A DNA stretch of 64,000 nt from Oscillospiraceae bacterium (GCA_963596815.1 CAVBNV010000001.1:129307-193306), one strand, 5' to 3'. Shown: positions 1-10,059, counted from the stretch's first letter. Notes: generated from the sequence alone by a model not told the origin. Numbers and translations: made by a program.

Positions 1-11
1 AGGCTATCATT

Positions 12-995
12 ATGGAGAATATCAGCATCGGAAGCAGCGGTATCTCTGTACCGTTTCTCGGCATGGGCACATGGGCGATCGGCGGCGGCAGCTGGTGGGG
101 TGATAACAACGACCGCGAGTCCGTCAAGGCCATACAAATGGCCATTGAGTGCGGCATCCGCTGGGTCGACACGGCGCCGATTTACGGGTTGTACCACAGC
201 GAAAGCGTCGTGGGCGAGGCGCTGAAGCACATTGACCGTGACAAAGTCGTCCTATCCACCAAGTGCGGGCTGGAGTGGCGCCACAAGACACCCATCCTGC
301 ACAAAGTCGTCGACGGAACGGCAGTGTATCGTGATCTGTCGTCTGAAAGCATCATCAACGACGTGGAGGACAGCCTTCGTCGTCTTGGCACAGACCATCT
401 GGATGTGTTGTACACCCACTGGCAAAGCCCTGATTTTGATCTGTATCCGTTGGAAGAAACGGTGAACGCCCTGATGAAGCTGAAAGACCAGGGTAAGATC
501 CGAGCCATCGGCGCATCGAACGTCACCGCCGATATCGTGCGCAGCTATTGCAAATACGGCGAGCTTGATGTCATCCAGGAAAAGTACAGCCTGCTGACCC
601 GCCGTATTGAAACGCAGCTTCTGCCCACCTGCAAAGAGCTTGGCGTGTCTGTACAGGCATATTCTCCACTGGAGCAAGGACTGCTGACCGGAAAAGTTAC
701 CATGGAGACCGCCTATCCACAGGGCAGCACGCGGAATGCCAACCCAAGCTTTCAGCCTGCACGCCGTTTGCAGGCACTGCAGATGCTGGAAAAATGGAAA
801 GATTTGACAGAAAAATACAGCTGTACAATGGCGCAGCTTGTAATCGCCTTGACTGCACGCATGGTGCCCTCGCTGCATGTACTGTGCGGTGCCCGTACGC
901 AGGCGCAGGTGTCAGACAACGCCGCAGCACTTTCGCTGACGCTTGATGATGCCGATGTTTTGCGCATGAAGCAGGATGTCGACCTCATCTCCTAA
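12..995 (+). CDS. Aldo/keto reductase
   Basis: LGMGTWAIGG, DTAPIYG, LSTKCG, SLRRLGTDHLDVLYTHW, GKIRAIGASN and AYSPLEQGLLTGK are AKR family motifs. Confidence 0.93.
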   Translation: MENISIGSSGISVPFLGMGTWAIGGGSWWGDNNDRESVKAIQMAIECGIRWVDTAPIYGLYHSESVVGEALKHIDRDKVVLSTKCGLEWRHKTPILHKVVDGTAVYRDLSSESIINDVEDSLRRLGTDHLDVLYTHWQSPDFDLYPLEETVNALMKLKDQGKIRAIGASNVTADIVRSYCKYGELDVIQEKYSLLTRRIETQLLPTCKELGVSVQAYSPLEQGLLTGKVTMETAYPQGSTRNANPSFQPARRLQALQMLEKWKDLTEKYSCTMAQLVIALTARMVPSLHVLCGARTQAQVSDNAAALSLTLDDADVLRMKQDVDLIS

Positions 996-1011
996 TAAAC
1001 AGCACAAACGC

Positions 1012-1055
1012 AGACCCGCCCGGAGCAAATTGAACTGCACCGGGCGGGTCTTTTT
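1012..1055 (+). terminator. Intrinsic terminator after the AKR gene
   Basis: Stem agacccgcccgg/ccgggcgggtct followed by a T run. Confidence 0.85.
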
Positions 1056-1241
1056 GTTACCGCACACAACCACACAAATCATACCTAAAAGCGCCGTTTC
1101 ACATCCATTTAATCAAAGGCACAGTCAAAACCAACCACAGTACTCGCCTTCGTCCGCACACCTCCTGGATGTTCCGTGACTCTTTATTAAAGAATACCAT
1201 TGTTCAAGGGTAATAAACCGGACTTTTAAGCATCTTGACAG

Positions 1242-1278
1242 AAAAACGCAGCGGCTCATGACGAACCGCTGCGTTTTT
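1242..1278 (-). terminator. Intrinsic terminator after the esterase gene (bidirectional shape)
   Basis: aaaaacgcagcgg...ccgctgcgttttt inverted repeat. Confidence 0.8.
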
Positions 1279-1313
1279 TGCATTATTGCCCGTGCAATGT
1301 GCAGATTTTCATC

Positions 1314-2786
1314 TTACTTCCACAGGAAGTTTTCGACTGCATTTGCAAAGGTCAGCTGCCAGCACTCCCAATCGTGTGCCGCAGGTACCTGCAGGTAGGT
1401 GTAGTCCAGACCAAGCTCTGTCAGGTTTTCGCCAAAGGTCTTTACCGGCTGCTGACCGAAGTCCCAGTTGCCGGCTGCCAGCATGATGTGCGGTTTCTCA
1501 CTCAGAGAGGTCAGGCGATCACGAACCGTCTGGCTTGTAATGCCCTCGGCACCGCCGTAAGAGCCATCTACATTTGCGTAGCTCCAGATGCCATAGTAGC
1601 TGAACAGGTCAGGATGATGCATCAGCATGTTGCTGGTGGTAGAACCACCCATGGACAGACCTGCGTAGGCACGGCCATCGGCAGTGGTGCTCACATTATA
1701 GTTTCTCTCAACATACGGCATGATGTAGTTGATTTGATCCTCTTCGATATCCGAGTACTTCCAGTTTGCGCCGGAGTGTCCCTCGCCCTGGCCGTACTGC
1801 TGGTTGTTCATCGTTACGACAATGAACGACTCCGCCTTGCCCTCAGCAATCAGGTTGTCCATGATGTTTGCCACCGCGCCCTCGTTCATCCAGCGCAGCT
1901 CGTCGCCGTAAATATCGCCCGATGTGCCGTGAGACAGATACAGCACCTTATACGGCTCGGCACGGTTTGCATCGTAATCTGCAGGCAGATAAACAGCCAG
2001 ACCATGCTCTGTGCCGTCTGCACCCGTATAGGACACGGTCTCAACCGTACCGCGCTTATTCTCATCCTCCTGCGGCAGCTCTACAGAGCGGTCTGCCCAT
2101 GCGCCGGTACCCTGCTTTTCTGCATTATACGGCACGTAAACCATGCTGGACAGGCTGCGGATGCCGGTTGCTTCGTTGACAAGCGTCGGGTTGCTCGGGT
2201 CATCCAGACGGGAAATCTGATCGCCGTTTTCAGCGGTCACGCGGAAATTATAGACAAATGCGCCGCTGGACAGCGGGATCTTTACGCCCCAGCGACCCTC
2301 CGCAAACTCTTCCATCTCTGCGTAGTAGGTCGTATCGCCGCTGCCGCCTGCCGGTGCCATGCCTGCCTTATACTCGTCCGGTGTCGAAGCAAGCGATGCG
2401 TCCACACTGCCTGCCTTACCCTCGTCCTGGTTAAACAGCAGGAAGCAATCGCTGTACAGCTCTACCTTAGTCAGCGGGTTTTCCTCCGTGTTGATCGTCA
2501 AGCCAGACTTGGATGTATAGCTCTTCTGCTCTTTGTAAACAAAAACAGCGTAATAACCTGTGGGGGATGCATCGTCCGCCACCACGGTGACGCCGGGCGC
2601 ATACTTTGCAAATTCGCTCTTGTTGAACAGCTTGATCTTGGTGTTCTCGATCCAGTCGCTCACGCTGGATGCTGTGATGCAGTTTTCCTCTGCTGTCGGT
2701 GCTGCTGCCATGGCGGCTGATGCTCCGCTCAAAGCCATGGATGCAACCAACACCGAGGCAATACAAGTTTTGACAATACGCTTCAT
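1314..2786 (-). CDS. Secreted esterase, alpha/beta hydrolase (CE1-like) with an N-terminal Ig/CBM48-like domain
   Basis: Signal peptide; VYLPADY...YKVLYLSHG; nucleophile motif GLSMGG; C-terminal AHDWECW. Confidence 0.85.
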   Translation of the reverse strand: MKRIVKTCIASVLVASMALSGASAAMAAAPTAEENCITASSVSDWIENTKIKLFNKSEFAKYAPGVTVVADDASPTGYYAVFVYKEQKSYTSKSGLTINTEENPLTKVELYSDCFLLFNQDEGKAGSVDASLASTPDEYKAGMAPAGGSGDTTYYAEMEEFAEGRWGVKIPLSSGAFVYNFRVTAENGDQISRLDDPSNPTLVNEATGIRSLSSMVYVPYNAEKQGTGAWADRSVELPQEDENKRGTVETVSYTGADGTEHGLAVYLPADYDANRAEPYKVLYLSHGTSGDIYGDELRWMNEGAVANIMDNLIAEGKAESFIVVTMNNQQYGQGEGHSGANWKYSDIEEDQINYIMPYVERNYNVSTTADGRAYAGLSMGGSTTSNMLMHHPDLFSYYGIWSYANVDGSYGGAEGITSQTVRDRLTSLSEKPHIMLAAGNWDFGQQPVKTFGENLTELGLDYTYLQVPAAHDWECWQLTFANAVENFLWK

Positions 2787-3181
2787 GTGGCTTCTCCTCT
2801 CACAATCTTCTTTTTTAACGATCCTTTTACGTTCCTTCTCTTCTCAGGTCGCTTTGTATCGTCTCCTCCGGCACGCTCCTTTCTCTTTCATTTTAAGATT
2901 TGGGTAACTTGTATCGATTCAAGATCTTGAAAAGTCTGTATGAAAATTTATCGCTTACCATATGTGCATCAAGCACTATTTTATTTTTTCTTATGAATTC
3001 TTTTTGTGCAGTTTTTGATGAAGTTGTGATATTAATATATCATCGTGTCCGGTCAAAATGCGTCGTATTTTGTGACACGAATCTCGCAATTTGTGATATC
3101 TATGCCCACTTTTATCCCCGTTTGCTTCAAAAAAAGACAGACTTTACACGCAAGGGGCTTGCCTGCGATATCTGTTCGCTC

Positions 3182-3210
3182 TTGCTTTTTTCGGCCAAGA
3201 GGAGTAGAAT
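3182..3210 (+). promoter_or_regulatory. SigA promoter of the thi operon
   Basis: TTGCTT-17 nt-TAGAAT immediately upstream of the riboswitch. Confidence 0.65.
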
Positions 3211-3225
3211 ACAAGACAACAATAA

Positions 3226-3315
3226 AATACAGGGGAGCTTGTGACTGCGGGCTGAGAGGAAGTAATCAAACTTCGACCCTTTACCTGATGCGGATAATGC
3301 CGCCGTAGGAAGTCA
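3226..3315 (+). ncRNA. TPP riboswitch aptamer
   Basis: GGGGAGC...GCTGAGA...GACCC...ACCTGAT.CGGATAATGCC.GCGTAGGAA-type conserved core upstream of thiamine genes. Confidence 0.95.
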
Positions 3316-3332
3316 TATCGTTACGATTTTTT

Positions 3333-3366
3333 ACAGGAGACACCGCATGGCGTCTCCTGTTTTTTG
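3333..3366 (+). terminator. Expression-platform terminator of the TPP riboswitch
   Basis: acaggagacacc/ggcgtctcctgt stem plus T run. Confidence 0.85.
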
Positions 3367-3614
3367 TTGTTCAGTAAAGGAGGAACCGTTTCGCCGATCA
3401 CGGCGGCTCTGTGGGCAAAGCCCGCAGCGGATCGAGGGGGAGCGCCCTGGATCTTGTATCAGCAGCGATGGGAAGCCGTGTTCCGGCGTGAGAGGAGACC
3501 AGAAAGTCTCGACCGCTTCTTCGGCTCCGGATGCACACGCTGTGTGGCCGGACACTTTTACGAGGGGCAGCTGTCGATACGGCAGTGCCGTGATCTGGAA
3601 AGGAAAGGTCTTTT

Positions 3615-4130
3615 ATGAAAAAACAACATGCAAAAAAGCTGGCGCTGGCAGGTATGTTCTGTGCGCTATGTGTCGTGGGCAGCCTATTCAGCTTCCCGAT
3701 GTTTGGCAGCAAATGTGCACCCATCCAGCATATGGTAAATGTACTTTGCGCCGTGCTGCTGGGTCCTGTTTGGGGCACAGGCGTTGCATTTGCGGCATCA
3801 CTGCTGCGCAATCTGTTTGGTCTTGGCAGTTTGATGGCCTTTCCGGGCAGCATGATCGGTGCGCTTTTATGCGGCGTGCTTTACAGCAAAACCAAAAGCC
3901 TTCTCGCAACAATGGCAGGTGAGGTTTTTGGTACCGGCGTTTTGGGCGGTCTATGTGCCTACCCCGTAGCAATTCTGTTTATGGGTAAAAGCGCCGTTGA
4001 CATCGCGTTTTATGCATATATCGTGCCATTTCTTATTTCGACCGCCGTCGGCTCTATTGTGGGCGGTGCCGTTATTTTCAGCTTGCAACGCTCCGGTGCT
4101 CTGCGCAGCGTACAAAACAGCTTATCTTAA
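3615..4130 (+). CDS. thiW: ECF S-component, thiazole transporter ThiW
   Basis: Hydrophobic protein with CAPIQHMVNVLCAVLLGP and AFPGSMIGA; lies in the TPP-controlled operon. Confidence 0.9.
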   Translation: MKKQHAKKLALAGMFCALCVVGSLFSFPMFGSKCAPIQHMVNVLCAVLLGPVWGTGVAFAASLLRNLFGLGSLMAFPGSMIGALLCGVLYSKTKSLLATMAGEVFGTGVLGGLCAYPVAILFMGKSAVDIAFYAYIVPFLISTAVGSIVGGAVIFSLQRSGALRSVQNSLS

Positions 4131-4157
4131 TTTGGCTCATCAAGGAGGAGGTTCCCG

Positions 4158-5000
4158 TTGTCTGCTCTCATTTCTGCCAGTGATACACTTGCTCTGCTGA
4201 AAAATGCAGCACCGCTGGTACATTGCATTTCCAACCAGGTCGCAGCGAATGACTGTGCAAACGCTTTGCTTGCGATTGGGGCATCCCCCATCATGGCAGA
4301 CGCACCCGAGGAGGTTGCCGAGGTGACCGCTGCATGCAGGGCTCTTGCGCTCAGTCTCGGCACACCGAGCCGCTCAAAAGCTGACGCAATGCTTTTGGCC
4401 GGAAAGCAAGCTTTTGCACTTGATTTGCCGGTTGTATTCGACCCTGTTGGCGTCGGCATGTCCGACTTTCGGCGCAATATCGCTGCACAGATTCTTTCAC
4501 AGGTTCATCCCTCGATTCTGCGCTGCAATGCGTCCGAGCTTTGGTCTTTGGCAATGCATACCCCCAGCCATTCCGGTGTAGACGCCTCCATCGATCAATA
4601 TACGCTGCCGCAAACCGCACAGCTCGCCATGCAATTTGCGCAGACACATTGCTGCATTGTAGCTGTATCCGGTGCAACCGACCTTGTTACCGACGGAAAT
4701 GCACTTTATCGACTTTGTGTCGGCACACCCTTGATGCGCAAAATCACCGGCTGCGGCTGTATGCTGACCGCTCTGACCGCCGCCTTTGCTGCCACCGTAC
4801 CGCAGCATTTGCTTGAAGCGTCGATTTATGCCGCCGGTGCCATGGGGCTGTGCGGCAGCGCCGCTGCTGCACGGATGCGTGACCGGGACGGTACCGGGTC
4901 ACTCCGTGTCTACCTGATCGATGCACTGTCATGCCTGACACCCGATGCTTTGCAAAACAGCTTAAAAATAGAGGAGATCACCCACCATGAATTGCACTGA
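4158..5000 (+). CDS. thiM: Hydroxyethylthiazole kinase
   Basis: PLVHCISNQVAANDCANALLAIGASPIMA, FDPVGVG, ITGCGC; TTG start after AGGAGG. Confidence 0.93.
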   Translation: MSALISASDTLALLKNAAPLVHCISNQVAANDCANALLAIGASPIMADAPEEVAEVTAACRALALSLGTPSRSKADAMLLAGKQAFALDLPVVFDPVGVGMSDFRRNIAAQILSQVHPSILRCNASELWSLAMHTPSHSGVDASIDQYTLPQTAQLAMQFAQTHCCIVAVSGATDLVTDGNALYRLCVGTPLMRKITGCGCMLTALTAAFAATVPQHLLEASIYAAGAMGLCGSAAAARMRDRDGTGSLRVYLIDALSCLTPDALQNSLKIEEITHHELH

Positions 5001-5634
5001 ACAGACAATGCTTCTTTATGCGGTCACAGACCGTGCATGGACTGGTCGGCAGACATTGCCCGAACAAGTCGAGTCCGCACTGCGCGGCGGCGTCACTTGT
5101 GTACAATTGCGCGAAAAGAATCTGTCCGAGGAACATCTTTTTCAACAGGCATGTGCCATCCGGGAGCTATGCCACCGTTACAATGTGCCTTTTTTGCTGA
5201 ACGACAACGTGGATATTGCGCTGCGCTGCGGCGCAGACGGCGTGCATGTCGGTCAAAACGATGCAAATCCCGCCGATGTGCGCAAAAGGGCCGGCAAAGA
5301 TTTTATCATCGGCGTATCAGCGCACAGCGTACAGGAGGCTTTGGCGGCACAGGCTGCCGGCGCAGACTATTTGGGCTGCGGGGCAATGTTTTCCACCGCC
5401 ACTAAAACAGACACCGTTGTGCTTGAACGTGAGACCTTGCGAGACATTTGCAAAGCTGTCCACATCCCTGTGGTGGCAATTGGCGGCATCAAAAAACAGA
5501 ACATTTTGCAGTTGAGCGGATGTGGTGCAAACGGTGTGGCGCTGGTCAGTGCTATTTTTGCAGCCGATGACATCGAGGCAGAATGCCGTACGCTAAAGCA
5601 GCTGGCTGAAAAAATCGCCGAAAAACGGACCTGA
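4987..5634 (+). CDS. thiE: Thiamine-phosphate synthase
   Basis: LYAVTD, VQLREK, LLNDNVD, ADGVHVGQND, PVVAIGGI. Confidence 0.95.
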   Translation: MNCTEQTMLLYAVTDRAWTGRQTLPEQVESALRGGVTCVQLREKNLSEEHLFQQACAIRELCHRYNVPFLLNDNVDIALRCGADGVHVGQNDANPADVRKRAGKDFIIGVSAHSVQEALAAQAAGADYLGCGAMFSTATKTDTVVLERETLRDICKAVHIPVVAIGGIKKQNILQLSGCGANGVALVSAIFAADDIEAECRTLKQLAEKIAEKRT

Positions 5635-5695
5635 CCGTCTGTTTTGTATTCCCTGCCGGGAGAAATAGAGAGCAAAAAGTATCGGAGGAGCACAC

Positions 5696-7006
5696 ATGCA
5701 GAGCTACACCACACAGATGGACGCAGCCCGCAAGGGCATTGTTACACCACAAATCGAGGCTGTCGCAAAAAAGGAATTCATGCCGGTCGAAAAAGTCATG
5801 CAGCTTGTTGCCGAGGGTAAAATCGCCATCCCTGCCAACAAGCACCATAGCTGCCTTGACCCGGAGGGCATTGGCAGTATGCTGCGCACCAAAATCAACG
5901 TAAACCTTGGTGTATCGCGCGATTGCAAAGATTACGCCGTTGAAATGGAAAAGGTGATGAGCGCCGTCAACATGGGCGCAGAGGCTATCATGGACCTGTC
6001 CAGCCATGGCAACACGCAGCCGTTCCGTCAGAAATTAACGCACGAATGTCCGGTAATGATCGGCACAGTGCCGGTATACGACGCGGTCATCCATTATCAG
6101 CGCGATTTGGCAACACTGACCGCACAGGATTTTATTGACGTGGTGCGTCTGCACGCTGAGGATGGTGTTGATTTTGTCACGCTGCACTGCGGCATCACCC
6201 GCAAAACGATCGACCAGATCCGCACCCATAAGCGTAAAATGAACATCGTCAGCCGCGGAGGCTCGCTGGTTTTTGCCTGGATGAGCATGACCGGAAACGA
6301 AAACCCCTTCTATGAGCACTTTGACGAGATCCTTGCCATATGTGAGGAGCACGACGTGACTGTCTCGCTTGGGGACGCCTGCCGTCCGGGCTGTCTTGCC
6401 GATGCAACGGATGTCTGCCAGATCGAAGAGCTTGTGCGCCTTGGCGAGCTTACAAAGCGCGCATGGGCACACAACGTGCAGGTCATGGTTGAAGGACCGG
6501 GTCATGTGCCCCTGAATCAGGTTGCAGCCAACATGGAGATCCAAAAGGGCATCTGCATGGGCGCACCGTTTTATACGCTTGGACCTCTGGTCACCGACAT
6601 CGCACCCGGCTATGACCATATTACAGCCGCTATCGGCGGTGCCGTCGCAGCTATGAGCGGCGCAGCCTTCCTGTGTTACGTAACGCCGGCAGAGCACCTG
6701 GCCTTGCCCAACGTTGATGATGTCAAGCAGGGCATCATCGCATCCAAAATCGCAGCACATGCCGCAGACATTGCCAAAGGTGTCCCCCACGCACGAGATA
6801 TCGATGACAAAATGGCAGATGCACGCCGTGTTTTGGACTGGGACGCACAGTTTGCCTGCGCCCTTGACCCTGTCACTGCCAAGTCCATCCGCGACGCACG
6901 CCTGCCGGAGGATGACCACAGCGACACGTGCAGCATGTGTGGCAAATTTTGCGCTGTCCGCAGCATGAATAAGGCGCTTGCGGGCGAATACATCGACATC
7001 CTGTAA
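5696..7006 (+). CDS. thiC: Phosphomethylpyrimidine synthase
   Basis: TKINVNLG, MDLS, VSRGGS, EGPGHVP, PGYDHIT and C-terminal CSMCGKFC. Confidence 0.97.
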   Translation: MQSYTTQMDAARKGIVTPQIEAVAKKEFMPVEKVMQLVAEGKIAIPANKHHSCLDPEGIGSMLRTKINVNLGVSRDCKDYAVEMEKVMSAVNMGAEAIMDLSSHGNTQPFRQKLTHECPVMIGTVPVYDAVIHYQRDLATLTAQDFIDVVRLHAEDGVDFVTLHCGITRKTIDQIRTHKRKMNIVSRGGSLVFAWMSMTGNENPFYEHFDEILAICEEHDVTVSLGDACRPGCLADATDVCQIEELVRLGELTKRAWAHNVQVMVEGPGHVPLNQVAANMEIQKGICMGAPFYTLGPLVTDIAPGYDHITAAIGGAVAAMSGAAFLCYVTPAEHLALPNVDDVKQGIIASKIAAHAADIAKGVPHARDIDDKMADARRVLDWDAQFACALDPVTAKSIRDARLPEDDHSDTCSMCGKFCAVRSMNKALAGEYIDIL

Positions 7007-7026
7007 AGGTATTCAGCACGCACAAA

Positions 7027-7056
7027 GCCCCGAGGCGTTTTACCGCTTCGGGGCTC
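7027..7056. terminator. Bidirectional terminator between thiC and cysK
   Basis: agccccgaggcg/cgcttcggggct hairpin between convergent genes. Confidence 0.75.
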
Positions 7057-7076
7057 ATTTTATGCGTAATTATGCT

Positions 7077-8009
7077 TTATTCAGCAAACAGCGGGGTGGA
7101 CAGGTAACGGTCGCCGGTGTCGGGCAGCAGGACGACAATGTTCTTGCCCTCATTCTCCGGACGCTTTGCAAGCTGAATGGCAGCCCACACGGCAGCACCG
7201 GAGGAGATGCCGACCAGAACACCCTCCTTGTGTCCGATCAAACGACCGGTTGCAAAAGCATCCTCATTTTCTACGGCGATGATTTCATCGTAAATCTTGG
7301 TGTCCAGCACATCCGGCACAAAACCTGCACCGATGCCCTGGATTTTATGTGCGCCGGCGGTACCCTTGCTCAGCACCGGAGAAGTTGCAGGCTCAACTGC
7401 AACGACCTTGACGTCCGGGTTCTTGCTCTTCAGGTATTTACCAACGCCGGTAACTGTACCGCCGGTACCAACACCTGCCACAAAGATATCAACCTTGCCC
7501 TCGGTGTCCTCCCAAATCTCCGGGCCGGTACTCTCAATGTGTGCCTGCGGATTTGCAGGGTTGACAAACTGTCCCGGGATAAAAGCATTCGGGATTTCTT
7601 TGGCCAGCTCATCCGCCTTGGCAATTGCACCCTTCATGCCCTTTGCGCCCTCGCTCAGCACCAGCTCTGCACCGTATGCCTTCATCAGCTGACGGCGCTC
7701 TACGCTCATGGTTTCAGGCATAACAATGATGATACGGTAGCCCTTGGCAGCCGCCACAGCTGCCAGACCGATGCCGGTATTGCCGGAGGTGGGCTCGATG
7801 ATCACCGAACCGGGCTTCAGTTTGCCGGTTGCCTCGGCGTCATCAATCATCTTTTTTGCAATGCGGTCTTTGACAGAGCCTGCCGGGTTAAAGTACTCCA
7901 GCTTTGCCACCAGCTTTGCGTTCAGACCCTGTTCCTTTTCAATGTGGGTCAGCTCCAGCAGCGGGGTGTGACCGATCAGTTGATCTGCGGAAGTATAAAT
8001 CTTGCTCAT
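7077..8009 (-). CDS. cysK: Cysteine synthase A
   Basis: [22 protein letters not shown] (PLP Lys), [15 protein letters not shown]. Start placed at MSKIY behind GGAGG. Confidence 0.96.
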   Translation of the reverse strand: MSKIYTSADQLIGHTPLLELTHIEKEQGLNAKLVAKLEYFNPAGSVKDRIAKKMIDDAEATGKLKPGSVIIEPTSGNTGIGLAAVAAAKGYRIIIVMPETMSVERRQLMKAYGAELVLSEGAKGMKGAIAKADELAKEIPNAFIPGQFVNPANPQAHIESTGPEIWEDTEGKVDIFVAGVGTGGTVTGVGKYLKSKNPDVKVVAVEPATSPVLSKGTAGAHKIQGIGAGFVPDVLDTKIYDEIIAVENEDAFATGRLIGHKEGVLVGISSGAAVWAAIQLAKRPENEGKNIVVLLPDTGDRYLSTPLFAE

Positions 8010-8109
8010 AATAATTCCCTCCATAATATCATCGGGGCTCTCACGCCCCGCTTCCGGGTATCCCGACCTGTTATACCTTCAAACCAATCTGGTTTGTGGG
8101 TTTGACAGC

Positions 8110-8138
8110 ATTATACGCCTGCTCCACCCGCTTGTCAA
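8110..8138 (-). promoter_or_regulatory. SigA promoter of cysK
   Basis: Perfect TTGACA-17 nt-TATAAT on the minus strand. Confidence 0.85.
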
Positions 8139-8161
8139 TGCCTTTTTCAAAAAAAGTGGGA

Positions 8162-8190
8162 TTGAAATATTATTTACCCTGTTGTATAAT
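8162..8190 (+). promoter_or_regulatory. SigA promoter of the Rrf2 gene
   Basis: TTGAAA-17 nt-TATAAT. Confidence 0.75.
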
Positions 8191-8291
8191 AGGTTTATCG
8201 AAATTTCCGTTGTTTTTTGTCTTCTATGCACAACAGCGGACGGCTTTCCCGTCCATTTTAATCACTTAAATTTACAAGGAAGTATATCGCC

Positions 8292-8723
8292 ATGATCGTA
8301 TCTACCAAAGGCCGTTATGCTTTGCGTGTCATGATCGACCTTGCAGAGCACCAGTCCGAAAAATATGTTCCGCTCAAGGAGGTTGCTGAACGTCAGGAGA
8401 TCTCTGAGAAGTACCTTGAAAACATCCTTAAGGTGCTGGTACAAAACGGTTTTTTGGAGGGCTTGCGCGGCAAAGGCGGCGGCTACCGTCTCACACGCAG
8501 CCCGGATCAGTACACCATCAGCGAGATTTTGCTGCTGACTGAAGGCAGCCTTGCCCCCGTCAGTTGTCTGGTGCCCGGCGCCGCCCCCTGCGAGCGCATG
8601 GCAAACTGCCGCACGTATAATATGTGGAAGGGTCTGAATGACCTGATCAGTAATTATTTTGGCAATATCACACTGGCAGACTTAGCCCTGCCCAACCAGG
8701 CCGGCAACGATTATATCATATGA
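8292..8723 (+). CDS. Rrf2 family regulator (CymR/IscR-like)
   Basis: STKGRYALRVMIDLA, ISEKYLENI, RGKGGGYRL; three Cys in the C-terminal half; divergent from cysK. Confidence 0.92.
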   Translation: MIVSTKGRYALRVMIDLAEHQSEKYVPLKEVAERQEISEKYLENILKVLVQNGFLEGLRGKGGGYRLTRSPDQYTISEILLLTEGSLAPVSCLVPGAAPCERMANCRTYNMWKGLNDLISNYFGNITLADLALPNQAGNDYII

Positions 8724-8823
8724 TCCGGCCTGCAGCTGTCCCTTATTTTTACGCACCGTCTGGTGCGCTTTTTATTTGACAATTCTGCGGTAAATGTGCA
8801 AAATTTATTGGTCACAATTGCGC

Positions 8824-8852
8824 TTGAGGCTCTTTGCTGCATGCGTTATACT
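8824..8852 (+). promoter_or_regulatory. Putative SigA promoter of cidA-lrgB
   Basis: TTGAGG-17 nt-TATACT. Confidence 0.55.
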
Positions 8853-8915
8853 GTATGCATTACCGTGGCGCACAACCGTTGCCCGTGCATTTCGTTAAAA
8901 AAGGAGCGATCAACC

Positions 8916-9278
8916 ACGAAATACGTCTTTCAATTTGCACGCATCCTGGCGTTTTGCTTTTTGGGCGAGGTACTGCACGCTGTGCTGCCCCTGCCTGTAC
9001 CTGCAAGTGTTTACGGCCTGGTTTTACTGCTTATCGCCTTGCGCTGCCGTCTTGTGCGGTTAGAGGATGTCAAGGAGACAGGTATATTTTTGACCGGCAT
9101 CTTCCCGCTTTTGTTTGTCCCCGCCGCCGCAGGTGTTATGGAGCTTTGGGCACAAATCGGCGAAATGCTGCTGCCCATCCTCATTGCGATCATTCCCATT
9201 ACCGTGCTGGTGCTTGTTGCCGCAGGGCTTACCACGCAGCGTTTATCACGGCACGGTCAGGAGGCAGACCATGACTGA
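8916..9278 (+). CDS. CidA/LrgA family holin-like protein with ACG at the expected start (non-canonical start or inactivated)
   Basis: KYVFQFARILAFCFLGE...LPVPASVYGL...LLFVPAAAGVM. AAGGAG lies 9 nt before ACG-AAA-TAC. Confidence 0.8.
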   Translation, partial: TKYVFQFARILAFCFLGEVLHAVLPLPVPASVYGLVLLLIALRCRLVRLEDVKETGIFLTGIFPLLFVPAAAGVMELWAQIGEMLLPILIAIIPITVLVLVAAGLTTQRLSRHGQEADHD

Positions 9279-9978
9279 GTTGCTCAACGACTTTCTCCAC
9301 GGCTCCGCCGCATGGGGCGTATTGCTGACACTGCTCGCCTTTGCTCTTGGCACCGTCATCAACCGCCTGACGGGCAAAGCCATTTTTAACCCGCTGCTGC
9401 TGGGCAGCATCTTCGTCATCCTGTTTCTGTCGGTGTGCGGCATCCCTTATGCGGATTACAAATCCAGCGCATCTCCAGTCAATTACCTGCTGCTGCCCGC
9501 TACCGTCAGCCTTGCAATCCCCCTTTATGAAAAATGGGAGCTGCTTAAAAAGAATGCCCCCGCCATCCTGGCAGGCATCACAGTTGGCACCCTGACAAGC
9601 CTTGTCAGCGCTTTTTTGCTGGCGCTCGCACTGCACTTGACACAAGAGCAATATGCGACCCTGCTGCCGAAATCTGTCACCACTGCCATCAGCATGGACG
9701 TCTCTGCAGAGCTTGGCGGCATTGCCGCTCTGACCGGCGCTATCGTTATCCTGACAGGCATTGCAGGCAACCTGATGGCAGAGACCGTGTGCAAATTGTT
9801 CCACATCACAGACCCCATTGCAAAGGGTGTCGGCATCGGCACCTCGGCTCATGCCGTGGGTACAAGCCGTGCTTTGCAAATGGGCGAGGTGGAAGGCGCC
9901 ATGAGCGGTCTTTCGATCGCCGTTGCAGGTGTGCTGACCGCTGTCTTGTGCCCTGTTTTTGTCAATTTCATCCCGTAA
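9271..9978 (+). CDS. LrgB/CidB family membrane protein
   Basis: PATVSLAIPLY, LPKSVTTAI, GTSAHAVGTSRA, EVEGAMS; start overlaps the cidA end, with GGAGG upstream. Confidence 0.92.
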   Translation: MTELLNDFLHGSAAWGVLLTLLAFALGTVINRLTGKAIFNPLLLGSIFVILFLSVCGIPYADYKSSASPVNYLLLPATVSLAIPLYEKWELLKKNAPAILAGITVGTLTSLVSAFLLALALHLTQEQYATLLPKSVTTAISMDVSAELGGIAALTGAIVILTGIAGNLMAETVCKLFHITDPIAKGVGIGTSAHAVGTSRALQMGEVEGAMSGLSIAVAGVLTAVLCPVFVNFIP

Positions 9979-10059
9979 AAAAGCAAAAGCATCTGTAAAC
10001 GCCACAGACACCCAACTGTCAGCGGTGAGCATACAGATGCTTTTGTTGTGTCGGTCAAA

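Noticed and set aside
8763..8915. N-terminal extension of cidA in the ORF track
   Set aside because: It runs through the Rrf2 terminator and the cidA promoter; family similarity starts only at 8916.
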